Source: Batkoa obscura
Lineage: Eukaryota
NCBI GenBank assembly: GCA_030770535.1
Contig: JASVEC010000023.1
Span: forward strand, 124,001-188,000
DNA length: 64,000 nucleotides
Direction: 5' to 3'
Position numbers and translations under genes: made by a program. This document shows, one piece after another, positions 16,297-28,179 of the stretch. The first letter of the stretch is position 1. Each line of letters begins with the position of its first letter. The notes under the pieces are model-generated. The model was given only the letters and a program-made list of their open reading frames with translations, searched no databases and was not told the DNA's origin.

Positions 16297-17124
16297 TACG
16301 ATGTTCACAAAATTGAGCTTAACAATCTGAAATTAACTTGAAAATAACAATGAACAATAAAACTATAATGATATAGAAGCTATATCCCCTATAATTTAAG
16401 TTGAATGTAGTTTCTTTTTTTAGATTTTCTATAAGTGACACAAACTTACATAGTAGCACAGGGTTCAAAAGGTAAAAAAACAATTGAAAACAAAGTATCA
16501 ATTGCACAATTAAATCTCTTTTAAAATCGTTAAAAAGTTTGAAGCCAAAACTCCATTCATTTTTTATACTTGAAAAGATGCTATATAAAGATACTGCTTT
16601 TCATCTAATTGTAGATTCCAAATATCCTTGAACTTTATAATGTTACTATAACCGTAGCTCAAAAAAGGACTTATCCAAGAAAAAGTGACAATGGAAAGTA
16701 TTGATTCATAAGGCCCAGGAAAGATATAAAGAATTTACTAAAGTTGGCTCATTAAATTTTGATATACAGTACTTATTAAATAAGAATATAAGGCTGAATA
16801 GAAATCTATAAAGCAATTTAATGCTTGTATCAAAGAAATATAATTAGAGGATGATATATTTTTATCATAAATTAGCATATTCCTTAAATAAAGACAATCT
16901 ACAATAAGAAATATCGAGTAGAAACCTCTCAAATGCAACAAAAATTCTAGTTTTTGATTGAAATTCAACAAAATTATACTATACCACTAAAAAATAAACG
17001 TAATAACACTTTCAACTATTACCAAAGAAGGTTTAATACTCCTTTCATAATGATAACTAAAAAGGATCTTAATTAGTAAAGTGAATAACTGGAAATAAAA
17101 AACAGTAGTTAGCTTTCTATTATA

Positions 17125-17225
17125 CGGGAGTGTCTTTTTCGGCTTCGTTATTTTTTCCATCTTTTAAGCACTATTTGAGTGGAAAACTTGTTAGTAAAAT
17201 TCTTAAACAAAAAAATATATCCCCA
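17125..17225 (+). mobile_element. MITE copy inserted in the ABC pseudogene 5' region
   Basis: Consensus match; TA/TA flanks. Confidence 0.9.
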
Positions 17226-17773
17226 TACTCTTGCGGCATATTAACAAGATGCCTTGAAATTTTAGATTGCTTATCTTTTGTCATAGCATCATTCAACAAG
17301 GATTTATTGTCTGTGGACCCACTATCTGAAGGATTGGAGTTTAATGGCTCAATTTCTTCTGCAAACGAAACTAAGCTGCAGTTATTGTGAGAGGTATTCT
17401 GATGATGGAAAAGGATTCCTGACCTTGAGGACAATAACACATGTACTGATAATAATCCTAGCTTGAAATGTCTTTTAGAGTAAAATCCATATCTATGAAA
17501 TTTAGTCAAAACTTGTATTATTGGCTGATAGCCTATAGTAAAAGGATCGCCTTTATTAATAGACAAACGTATTTTAATATTGAAACTATGTAACAAGCAC
17601 AAATTTATCTCTATACCAAGAACATTACATATTATTCCAAAACTTAAAGGTAATTTATTATAATGGATAGATATAAAATTCCTCAAATTTATAGTTAGAG
17701 CCTTTGTTTGTGCAGTATGTAAATTAGGCGTTTTCAATTTTGTATTTACTTAACACGTAAATGAAGAAAGATA

Positions 17774-17865
17774 TGGGGATGTTCTTTTTGGTTTCATCAC
17801 TTTTTCCATTTTTTAAACGCTGTGGAAAGGTTGTTAATAAAATTCATAAACAAAATACACGCTCA
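17774..17865 (+). mobile_element. MITE copy with a small internal deletion
   Basis: TGGGGATGTTC...CACGCTCA; part of the ATTTGA core is missing. Confidence 0.8.
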
Positions 17866-18122
17866 TTTACTATTTTATTAAGTTTATTTTAGATATATAA
17901 AATAAGGTTTTTTAGCTTGTAGCCAGTTAGCTGAGTAAAAACTGCTTTTAAATCTAACCATTGAATATTAACTTCTATATTATCAATTAATAAATGATCA
18001 AAAAATAAGCAATTATAATAATAAAAACTATTATTATATTATTTATATTGTGTAAAAATGATTAATTATAACTTTAAAGCTAATCGCTCCTTTTCATGTA
18101 GCTATTTATTAATTTAATAATA

Positions 18123-18218
18123 TGTGGATGTATTTTTATCTCTACTTTTCCATTTTTTAAGCGCTATTTGAGTGAAAAGATTATTAGTAAGATTCTTAAA
18201 CAAAAAGATATATCCTCA
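18123..18218 (+). mobile_element. MITE copy
   Basis: Consensus match; TA/TA flanks. Confidence 0.85.
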
Positions 18219-18336
18219 TATATTAATAAAAATTTTGCTAATATACCAGTTTTTATTAAATCTAGTAAAACTTGTGCTAACTTGTATGTATTATAGTATA
18301 AAATTGTCAAGTATTTTTGCTTTTTAATAAAGAATT

Positions 18337-18435
18337 TGGGGATGTTTTTTTGTCTTCATTATTTTTTCCATTTTTAAGCACTATTTGAGTGGAAAGATTA
18401 TCAGCAAAATTCTTAAACGAAAAAATACATCCCCA
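18337..18435 (+). mobile_element. MITE copy
   Basis: TGGGGATG...CATCCCCA; TT/TT flanks. Confidence 0.9.
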
Positions 18436-18816
18436 TTTATTTTTATGAAATTTTGAGCAAAGTTTAATACAAAATATTTAAAAAATTAAAACAAAACCAA
18501 TTCAGATACCTCCCATTTGTTTTTTTCCTATAATGCAAAGAATGAAACAAAAAAAATGAAGCAAAAAAAATTAAATTTCATTCTTTTTTTAAAAAGGTTC
18601 AATTTTAAGCATTAAAAGCTCCAAATTTTGAATTTTTCAAATAAAAGCAATACAAAAGGGCTTTTTTTATAAAGAATACACCTAATAAAACTGGAAATTA
18701 TCCATGTTTCTAAAAAATATAACACTCAGCACTTTTTAACAAAACAAACTATAAACATGTAAAATTAATTTTATTTAATTTAAAATCTCTATAAAAATAT
18801 ATCTATAAAATAAAAA

Positions 18817-21098
18817 CTAATAATCCTTATTAGAAAAAGTGTTAACTGCAGCGTCTACAGTTTTAGTTGGCTTAGATGGTCTATTGAAAGATTTGTTAGC
18901 ATCCTTTTCATCTTTCTCACTCTTTCTCTTTGATAACAATCTAGCTCTCTCCTATAATATAAGGTTAATACTAGAGCCTATTTTATATTACATATTAATT
19001 ACCTTCTTAATTTCAATTTGTTGAAGCCCCTTCTTTCTAACAAATCTTTTAGACGATGATGATTTGCCCCTAGCTCTATAACGCACATCAACTTTGACAT
19101 TTTTATCCTAAATGATTTAGTCGTTTTGTTATTAATGCAAAATATAGTTTACAATTTCTTTTTCTTCTTCCTCTTGGTTATAAATTGAACCCAAAACATT
19201 GCTGTCTAACATAATAGTATCTGGTTGAATCTAAAAATAAACAGATAAATTAACCTTAGTATTTGCTCAACTGTTTTACCTTATTAAGTAAGCTATGGAC
19301 TTCATGCTCTTGTCTTTGTTTTTTGGTTTGATAAGGATTAAGCTCCAAAGCATCAAAATTAGGCTCACCCGAACCTTGAATAAAATATAAATCAATTGTG
19401 ATAGTTTAAAAAGAGTACTAATACCTGGTACTAAAACACTAGAAAATCCTTTAGAATGACCAACACCTAAAACATCCTCAAATGGACAAAACATAAGATC
19501 ATTGATATATTTTGTGGGGCATTTGTGTTCCATATACGGAGCAGACTGTTTACTTTTGGTAACGTCTTTCCATAACTAACAATAAAGATTAATAAAAAGT
19601 AAAATAGTATATTTATATCTTACCGATATATGTGAATTAAAGCCAACAGCCAATACCCCTCTTTGACTAAAGGTAATGTCTGTGGCTAATTTGGGAGTAT
19701 AATACTCATAAACTACTTTATACTGCCTTAAATCCCAAATCTTTAGTCTAGCATCTCTACCTGCAGTAGCCATATAACTAATATGATATTAAAATATAAA
19801 TTTGGTTGAAAAGTGATTTACTTTCCAGAAGCATCGATTGAAATAGATTGGACTGGACCTTTATGGCATAACATTTTAACTAATGCTTCATTTGAATTAG
19901 GGCTCCACAACGAAACAGTACCTAAAAATTATAATTAAGATCTTAGTTGATAAAATTTTAGCTCAAATGAGGTTACCTGAGGTATGCCCTAAATGAACAA
20001 TGGCATTCATAGGATTATGGGTAAGGATATCCGATCTTCCCATACGTGTACGAATATCCACTAATGGAACACCAGTTGAAACATCTTGATAGCGAAGTAT
20101 ACCGCTATCACCCTATAATTAAAATCAATATATTTAAATAAATTAGGATGATATAAATTACTATTGAGGTTAAAAGGAAATGATAAGGTAAAAAGTCCAA
20201 CTTTTTAACTTCAGTTTGTCTTTTTAAACAATGAATTTCTAGTCCGTTTCTATCATAAACGTATACATATTTTTTTTGAGCAACAGCAAACATAGTTTCA
20301 TTGTGTAACCATCTATATCCTTGAGTTAGCTAAAGCTAATATAATTAAAATCACAGTTTACTTGACATCTCTGACAGTCTCACGTAGTTGTAATTCACAG
20401 CCTAAAATACCTGCTCTCCAGTTAAAAGTAGCCACATGCCCTTTTCTTCCGCCGATTAAAATGAATCTATTATAATACTAAGTAAGAACAATCAAATAAA
20501 TTCCATCTTTTGATTACTTTCCGTTTCTTGTATAATCAACTTTGTAGGGTCCTAACTGATCAAGATCTAAATCAAAAATCTATAAAGGTTATTATTATTC
20601 TATTGTGGCAATTTATATTTTACTTTAGAGGCAGCTGAAATGGAAACATGGGGCTTAATTTTTTCCTGAGTGAATTTATAGGTTTTTTCGAGACCTTCAG
20701 CTTCGAGATAACTAGAATAATAATTAGATCTATATTTTATAATAAAATCAAAGTTGGTCTACCCTTCTTCTTCTGGGAGAAGCATCTCTGCTTTTGCGGC
20801 CAAAATAGCAGCATCTTTATCTTCTCTTTGTTTCTTTAGCAACTTCCCTTTCAACTTATTATCTTTTTCAACCTAATAAATCAAATTTAAAAACAGTCCC
20901 TAATTCTAAACTTGAACATACTTTAACTCTATCATTTGAAGCCCTTTGATATTTTTTGATTTTCGTTAAAATAGCATCATCGTTTATTTTTGTAGGATCG
21001 AAGTCTTTTTTGTTTTCGTTGTACTCTTCGTCATTTAACCTCGGTTGCTTTTTTGGCAATGTATCTTGAGTATATTCTTTCACAATTTTTACTTCCAT
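18817..21098 (-). CDS. UTP7: U3 snoRNA-associated protein 7 (WDR46/BING4), SSU processome WD40 protein, multi-exon
   Basis: [70 protein letters not shown], and a BING4 C-terminal [13 protein letters not shown] motif. Confidence 0.93.
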
Positions 21099-21217
21099 TT
21101 TAAAATCAAAAGATAGATTTTGAAACCACTTAAGAATATTGTTTTTGCATTGAATCATTTCAAAATTGCAAAAAGTTTAAACATGTAAATGAAAAACAAC
21201 AAACATCATTTTGCTAC

Positions 21218-23267
21218 ATGGATTCTCAATATCAAGCAAAAAGATATCAACCTCAAAATTATCAGCAAGGGTATAATAACTCAAATAATAACAATTATGG
21301 GTCTTCAGTGACAGGCGCTAATGCATCAGCAGTAGGCTCAGATAATAAAAGGATGCGAGCTAATCCAGCGGATGAGATTGTATTTGATGGTAAAAGTTTA
21401 AGAAAATCAGTACAAAGAAAAACAATTGATTATGCAGCCGATATGTTATACTACTACCAGGTATACAAAATTATAAATATTAAATAATTCACAGAACAAA
21501 CTTACATAATAAAAAGCAAAGGCCATGGTATAATGATTCAAAGGAAGATAACTTACTTCAAGTAGATCCTGCGTACAACATTAAAGTAAAGTAAACGTTA
21601 AATCTAGTTTCGCTTTTTCTAAGACAAATCATTAGATGCTTCCGCCATCAGTTCAATTATCTAGGCCTTCGAATGCTATCACTACAAAGTTCATTAGCTC
21701 TGCATCTAATAAAGTAAGATGTCCAGCGAATGTAGTTAGGGTAAAAAAATAGTTAAAATTTAGTAATCTAGTTTTAAATTTTCAAAAGTGGACTCCCGAA
21801 GGAAGAAGATTAATTACTGGGTGTTCTACTGGAGAATTCACCTTATGGAATGGACTTACTTTTAACTTTGAGACAATTTTACAGGTATATATAAGTATAG
21901 CATAAAATAGCAAGCTTAGTTTTCAGCAAAGAATTTTTTAATTAAAATAGATACAGATAATTAACTTAACTATAATAGGCTCATGAATCAGCGGTAAGAG
22001 CAATGGAATGGTCTCATAACGACAATTGGATGGTAACGGGAGATAACAACGGAATAATTAAATATTGGCAAAGTAATATGAATAACTTGAAAGAATTCCA
22101 AGGCCATGATGCGGCTATTAGAGGACTATCGTAATAATTTAATTTATTTAACTATAATTTTTTGATTTATTTAGCTTTTCATGCACTGATGCTAAATTTG
22201 TTACCTGTTCTGATGATGCCAACCTTAAAATATGGAATTTTAGCGAAGGGAAAGAAGAAAATGTCTTAAAAGGTATATATAAGGATTAATTAAAATATTG
22301 GACTTTTAAATGTTAATTGACATCATTAGGTCATGCTGCAGATGTTAAAACAGTTGATTGGCACCCATTCAAATCATTAATTGCTTCAGGTAGTAAAGAT
22401 AATATGCTTAAATTATGGGATCCCAAATCCGGAAAATGTTTAACAACACTGTAAAACACCTTGTCATATATCATATCAAGTAATTAACTTTTTTTCAGCC
22501 ATAATCATAAATCAAGCATACATTGTTTAAAATGGAATCAAAACGGAAATTGGATAGTGAGTACAGCTAGAGATCAAGTTATTAAAGTTTTTGACGTTAG
22601 AATGATGAAAGAATATATGAGTCTAAGAGGACACAAAAAAGAAGTTTCAAGTAAGTAGTATAACTAAAGTTAAAAATGTACTAAAAAAAATAGCTGTTGC
22701 TTGGCATCCTCATTACGAGAGAGTTTTTGCAACTGGTGGATCTGATGGTGCTATTATGTTTTGGGATTTGTGGTATTAATATTTACTAAACTATGTAAAG
22801 TTATACCTAAAGATTTTTAGTACTGATTCACCTACTGCCCAAATCAAAACAGCACACGAAGGCTATATTTGGTCATTAGATTGGCATCCTGTCGGCCATA
22901 TTTTAGTTAGTGGATCTAATGACCACACTACACGATTTTGGACTCGCCCTAGACCAGGAGAGTTGTTCAAGAACACCGAAGCTAGGTATCATAGTAACTT
23001 TTTACCACCAGATCCAACCAAACTGTTACCAGATATGGAGAGTAAACTTATTATATTAAACTTATTTGTAGATATTTATATCAAACTATAGCCAATGGAC
23101 AACTTAATTTAGAATCTATCACATTACCAGGATTAGGGAGAAATCAAGATCTTCCAATAAACTTTTATGGAAATACCAACCCCACTTTAATGCCCCCTGG
23201 GTTAGGATCACTCAATCAAGAAGAATCTTCTAACTCTTTTGCCCTTCCTGGTTTAGGAAACTTTTAA
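21218..23267 (+). CDS. PFS2: Polyadenylation factor subunit 2 (WDR33/Pfs2), WD40 protein, multi-exon
   Basis: [64 protein letters not shown] and [30 protein letters not shown], read across GT-AG introns. Stop TAA at 23265-23267. Confidence 0.94.
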
Positions 23268-23911
23268 ATATTTTGAATTTTATTTCAATTTATTCATAAA
23301 TTTAATGCTTAAATTAATTTTATGTAAAGTTAAGCATTTTCAATATAATAATTTTATTCTCTAAGGCCAATGATGTACCTATTTGATTTATAATTTAAAG
23401 CACGTGATTCGTTATAATAATTATAAGTTAAAAGTGAGTTTGAAAGCATTTTAAACTTAAATAAATATTTAAATGTTCTAATTTAATTTAACTGTACTAC
23501 ATTTTTGAAACTTTAACTAGATGTATTTTAGTAAAAAAAACAAAGGTTTAACAATAATATATATAGATTTTATCGATTTGATGGTATGTGGTTATTAGTA
23601 GCAACTGTTAACTGACTGATTTGACTAATAAAATCTCAATTTGTCATTATCAATTTGCTATTGATTTCCCACTATAAAATATCACTATAATTTTAATTAT
23701 TTTATTTGTATCAAATAATAAAAGTTGTTTATTCAATATTAGTTTTTTAGGATACTTACATTAGCTATAATACTAAAAATGCTATTAACTATAATATTAA
23801 ACAACTAAAAATAAATGATAACAGCAATATTTTTTTACAAGTTATTACTTAATAAAGTATTTAGAATGGCTAGCGTTAGAGCTAGGATTTAAAGCTTAAA
23901 AAACTGGCATA

Positions 23912-24007
23912 TGGGAGTGTTTTTGACTTCATCACTTTTTCATTTTTTGAGCACTATTTGAATGGAAAATCTACTGGTAAAATTCTTAAACACAAGATAC
24001 ACCCCCA
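23912..24007 (+). mobile_element. MITE copy
   Basis: Consensus match; TA/TA flanks. Confidence 0.88.
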
Positions 24008-24314
24008 TATAGTTACTAATTTAAGAAACCATAACTTTTAATCTAATCAGCGTTTTTTAATTGGAAATTATTATTTTATACCAACTAACATCACTTCGAA
24101 ATAAAAAACTTGGGATAAAAAACTCTCTATTCAGCAATATTAATATTATAACTACTAAAGTTCTATGACAGCCTGGTCTGTGGTAGTTTTTAAAGGCATT
24201 CATTTGCTTGATTGGTTTTCTCAATGTTTAATCATTAGATTTTATAATCATTTGATAAAACTTTTGTTCTTAAACAGTTATTTAAGTCGCGGTAGAATTG
24301 CATCAGCTACATTA

Positions 24315-24412
24315 TGAAGATGTATTATGTTTAAGAACTCTACTAACAATTCTTCCGCTCAAATAGCACTTAAAAAATGGAAAAAATAATGAAACCAAAA
24401 AAAACACCCCCT
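24315..24412 (-). mobile_element. MITE copy
   Basis: Reverse consensus match; TA/TA flanks. Confidence 0.85.
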
Positions 24413-24600
24413 TATGGATTTTTGACTAAGACTGCTAAACTATTCTAATGATTAGTTCAACTTGGTATAAAAAACAATTTCCAAAATTATAATATAATAT
24501 TATAATTTATTATATTGACACAAACATTAAATATAATTTTAAGAGATATTTATTAAATTGAGTAAATGAAATTTTAATGATGGCCAATAACGTCTAAATA

Positions 24601-27039
24601 CTAACGTCTAGTTCTTCTAATTTGGTCTTCAGCTAATTTATGACCACGATTAGCTGCTTCTTTAATATTATGTAAAGCCAATTCCCTATTAATAGGAGTA
24701 CCTCTACCTTTAGCATAGCAAACTCCTAGATGGTAGTAACCTTTCATGTTCCCTAATTCTGCTGATTTTTTATAATATTCAAACGCTTTAACTAGATTTT
24801 TTTCTGGATTTTTTTCATTTGAATAAAATAAACCTAAATGGTCGTAAGCATCGCTATCTTCCCCTTCAGCTGCTTTTAAAAAGTGTTCTAAAGCTTTATT
24901 CCAATCTTGTGGTGTAACTCCTTCTTCACCCCAAAAATAATAATAACCTAAATAATAGTTGGCTTTTGGATCATTACGTTGAGCAAGTACTTGAAAAGCA
25001 TTGTAAGCTTCAAGTCGACGACGAGAATTATGAAATTCTAAAGCTTCTTCTAAAGTAACTTCGGGTTCTGGATCTAATAAATTTAATCCACTTAATTCAT
25101 TTTCATCCCAATTATCTAACCGAGTTTCTAAAAAGCTATTTGGTTGATTTAGCATTTCAACATCAAATTCTTCTTGTTCAAAGTGATCTAGTTTTGTTTC
25201 CATTATCGAAATATTATTGTCGATTCTTCTATCCATTGTTGGTGGCTGACTGTTGTTACGTGGTGGATAAGCATTATTATTAGGTTGAGGATGAAAACCA
25301 CTAATATTGCCATAGTCTTGAGTTACACCAGATTGTTGTGGTAAATGTTGGGATTTTGGTATATTTGGTACATATGGTTTAGGAAATTCGATACTATTTA
25401 AGTTTTGCATAATTGGTGCAGAAGGAGCTGGCATATGTTCTTGGGATCCATAAGAAGAAGGCCTAGATCTTGAACTTTCAGCACCATTATTTATTAAGGA
25501 AGGGGGTTGGGATCCAAGGTTAGCAGTAGAATCAAATACAGCTAAATTTTCAAGTTTTTGAGTTGTATCTTCAAAAACAACATCGACTCCAATAGCTTCA
25601 CGTTCTTTATAAACGTTTTTATCGGACCATGGATCTTGCACTGATTCTGGAATAATTTCAGACTCACCGGCTTGATTCGACATATGATCTAATTCATTAA
25701 TAATATCTGATGCATCAGGTCTTTCCATTGGATCTTGTTGCCAACAGCCAAGAATAATTGGACGGATTTCCGAAGGTACTTGAGTAATATCTTCACGTCC
25801 ACCTCTTGAAACCAAATCTTCAATAGCTTGTTGACTCATAATTTCATAAGGATATCTACGAGACCAAATAGACCAAAGAATCATACCTAAACTATAAATA
25901 TCGCTTTTGTTGGTATATTCAAAGTAATCTTGAATTTTCTCTGGTGGAATCCAACGATATCTATCAGAGCCTTCATCAAGTGCTAAACTAGTACCTTCTT
26001 GAACTTCGCGTGAAAATTCAAAACCAGATATCTTGGCTTTAAATTCTTCCGTAATTAAAATACAACTAGTCTTAAGGTTCTTGTGTAATACTCCCATTTC
26101 ATGAAGGAAAGCCACACCCTCCACAACATCAACCATAAAACGATAACGTAACTCCTTATCTAATCTTTGTGTGGATTCCAATAAATCTTTTAAATTACCT
26201 TTTTCTGCATATTGCGTAATAAGCCCCACCTTATTTCCTTTAATACAAACACCAATGAATTGAATAATATAAGGACATACAGCTAATCTCTTTAAAATAG
26301 CAATTTGTTTACGCATTGCCCCTAAAGCTTTAGCGTCACTAATGTTTTCTTTTAAATTTTTCTCAGCTACTACTTTTCCTTGATAAAGACGTTTATAAAC
26401 CACATATCTTCTACCTTGACGAGGTAATAAACCTGGAATAGTTTTAACTTGTCTTTGAGGTATTTCAACTGAAGCAAGGATATCTGCTGATTCCGCTTTA
26501 TTCTCTTGAACATTTTTAATATCTTCAATAATGGCATCTTTTTGTACACCATCAGCAATAATTTCATCATAACCACCACCACCACGTCCGATGATTTTTT
26601 CCATTTCTTTTTGAGATGAGTTTAAAGCTTCGGCACTAACTGCTTGATTCAATTGGCTCTTTACCGTAAGACCTAAATTTAATACGGACACCGCTTGATC
26701 AATATCAATAAATAAACGATAAAATGTTTTTTTATATTTATCTCCATTAATTAAACGAACAAATAAAGCTTTATTTTCAATAGCTTCTAAAAAATTTAAA
26801 CAATTTTCCATTACAGTTACATAATTATTAAACGCTGCATTATAACTTGTTTGTTCAAAATAATCTCGATTACTTTCATATTTAGCACTTAAATCCTTGA
26901 CTACTTTTTGGGAGCCATTTACTTTGTTACTTAACTTATCACAAATGGACCTAAAATTAGTAAACCGATTGACTACAGCTATAATTCTATCACCAATATC
27001 AATAGCTTTTTTTAATAAGCTTTGAGTATCCTGTGGCAT
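24601..27039 (-). CDS. MLKL-like protein: N-terminal four-helix-bundle (HeLo-like) domain, TKL-type pseudokinase, P/Q/N-rich linker, C-terminal Sel1-like repeats
   Basis: Single-exon 812-aa ORF with a helical N-terminal ~125 aa. Kinase fold: VAEK, HKNLKTSCIL, KISGFEFSR, YRWIPPE, SDIYSLGMILW, CWQQDPMERP. Sel1 repeats: ANYYLGYYYFWGEEGV, AYDHLGLFY, GYYHLGVCYAKGRGT. Confidence 0.85.
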   Translation of the reverse strand: MPQDTQSLLKKAIDIGDRIIAVVNRFTNFRSICDKLSNKVNGSQKVVKDLSAKYESNRDYFEQTSYNAAFNNYVTVMENCLNFLEAIENKALFVRLINGDKYKKTFYRLFIDIDQAVSVLNLGLTVKSQLNQAVSAEALNSSQKEMEKIIGRGGGGYDEIIADGVQKDAIIEDIKNVQENKAESADILASVEIPQRQVKTIPGLLPRQGRRYVVYKRLYQGKVVAEKNLKENISDAKALGAMRKQIAILKRLAVCPYIIQFIGVCIKGNKVGLITQYAEKGNLKDLLESTQRLDKELRYRFMVDVVEGVAFLHEMGVLHKNLKTSCILITEEFKAKISGFEFSREVQEGTSLALDEGSDRYRWIPPEKIQDYFEYTNKSDIYSLGMILWSIWSRRYPYEIMSQQAIEDLVSRGGREDITQVPSEIRPIILGCWQQDPMERPDASDIINELDHMSNQAGESEIIPESVQDPWSDKNVYKEREAIGVDVVFEDTTQKLENLAVFDSTANLGSQPPSLINNGAESSRSRPSSYGSQEHMPAPSAPIMQNLNSIEFPKPYVPNIPKSQHLPQQSGVTQDYGNISGFHPQPNNNAYPPRNNSQPPTMDRRIDNNISIMETKLDHFEQEEFDVEMLNQPNSFLETRLDNWDENELSGLNLLDPEPEVTLEEALEFHNSRRRLEAYNAFQVLAQRNDPKANYYLGYYYFWGEEGVTPQDWNKALEHFLKAAEGEDSDAYDHLGLFYSNEKNPEKNLVKAFEYYKKSAELGNMKGYYHLGVCYAKGRGTPINRELALHNIKEAANRGHKLAEDQIRRTRR

Positions 27040-27045
27040 CTTTGA

Positions 27046-27097
27046 CTATAAAAAAAGTTTAAAAATTATTAACTTTACTTTAGTTTATATACTTTAC
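27046..27097 (-). other. Putative 5'-UTR intron of the MLKL-like gene
   Basis: Minus-strand GTAAAG...TTTTTTATAG of 52 nt, ending 6 nt upstream of the ATG. Confidence 0.5.
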
Positions 27098-28079
27098 CTA
27101 CAATAACAATAATAAAAACAGTTATATTAAAACAATGAAAAATGTAATTAATTTATTGTTCTGTCAATGTTCTTAATGATTTATCCAATCAACTGTCGAT
27201 AATTAAGGATCATGAACAGTGATGATTTCTATATTGGAAAGATCATTTCATAAGTTTTTTATTCATCCAATCAAAACCCTATTTTTCTTTTTTGAAACGT
27301 ATTAACTAATATCTATATTTCAATAACTTTAATTTCATCTGTATTTTACTTGAAGGAATCATTTTATTTGCTCCATAAGTTATATTAATATAAAATACCC
27401 CTTAAATTATAAATAACATACTTAGTTATTTGTTGATTTAAAAGAACATAGTATATAACAAATAGAAGTTATGGTAGTTTTTATTCCAATAAAACTAGAG
27501 GAGTTTATTGTTAAAAATCGATATAAAATGACTCGAAGATCCATATATGTTATCTTAGCTATTTATATGAAACCAAGTTATTCTATCAGTCTTAAAGCAT
27601 TCAATTATGTTCTTTTTTAACGTCTAAACATGATATTTTGTCAAAAGATTGTACCAAACAAATAAAACTGAACTATGGCATCTTGGCATTCTTTTATTAA
27701 TGCTCTCGTAATAATGTTTATAATCATGCTTTTTAGCCTAAAGTTACTTAACAGAAAAGACATTTTATTATTCAAATTTTAAAGAATTGTTTTTAATATC
27801 GGATTTAAATCAATTTATAAAATTTTAATAAAAATGTTTAAATTTTAAATTTCATCTTCACTAGCCCATATTGTATATAATACCTCTTTTTGAGTTATTA
27901 TTTTTGAGTTATTTTTGATATTAAGTTCATTTATAAATTTGAGATATTTATTTACTATTCAATTTCTTTAATATTAAAGTATATTTAGGGAATATCAGTA
28001 GTAAGTTTGAGATGATAAATAATAAATAATAAAAATAAGAGTATTATAAATTGACTGAAAGAAATATAATTTTTTTATA

Positions 28080-28179
28080 TGGGAGTGTTTTTTTTGACTT
28101 CATTATTTTTTCCATTTTTAAGCGCTATTTAAGCGGAAAATTTATTAGTAAAATTCTTAAACACAAAAATACATCCCCA
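28080..28179 (+). mobile_element. MITE copy, near-identical to the 16196 copy
   Basis: TA/TA flanks; about 3 differences from the reverse complement of 16196-16296. Confidence 0.93.

Larger units (their letters stand above)
12464..17737 (-). pseudogene. Decayed ABCC/MRP (YBT1-like) ABC transporter pseudogene
   Basis: NBD1 Walker A (GPTGSGKT, ~15300), signature LSGGQKQCL*LAR (~15030) and MDDFLSVLDA. NBD2 remnants TIPQDA, GQNFSQG and IAHQLRSI. TMD fragments. Numerous in-frame stops, frameshifts and two MITE insertions. The 5' boundary is approximate. Confidence 0.88.

Noticed and set aside
16194..16298. Alternative element boundaries (GGGG...CCCC with an AT duplication)
   Set aside because: That model leaves two extra bases and a frameshift in the ABC gene, and it fails for copies with TT, AA or TG flanks.
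12464..17737. Stop-codon reassignment or readthrough (a TAA aligns with an expected Gln) making the ABC gene functional
   Set aside because: Frameshifts, MITE insertions and decayed catalytic motifs are also present. Intact genes in the window terminate normally at TAA, TAG or TGA.
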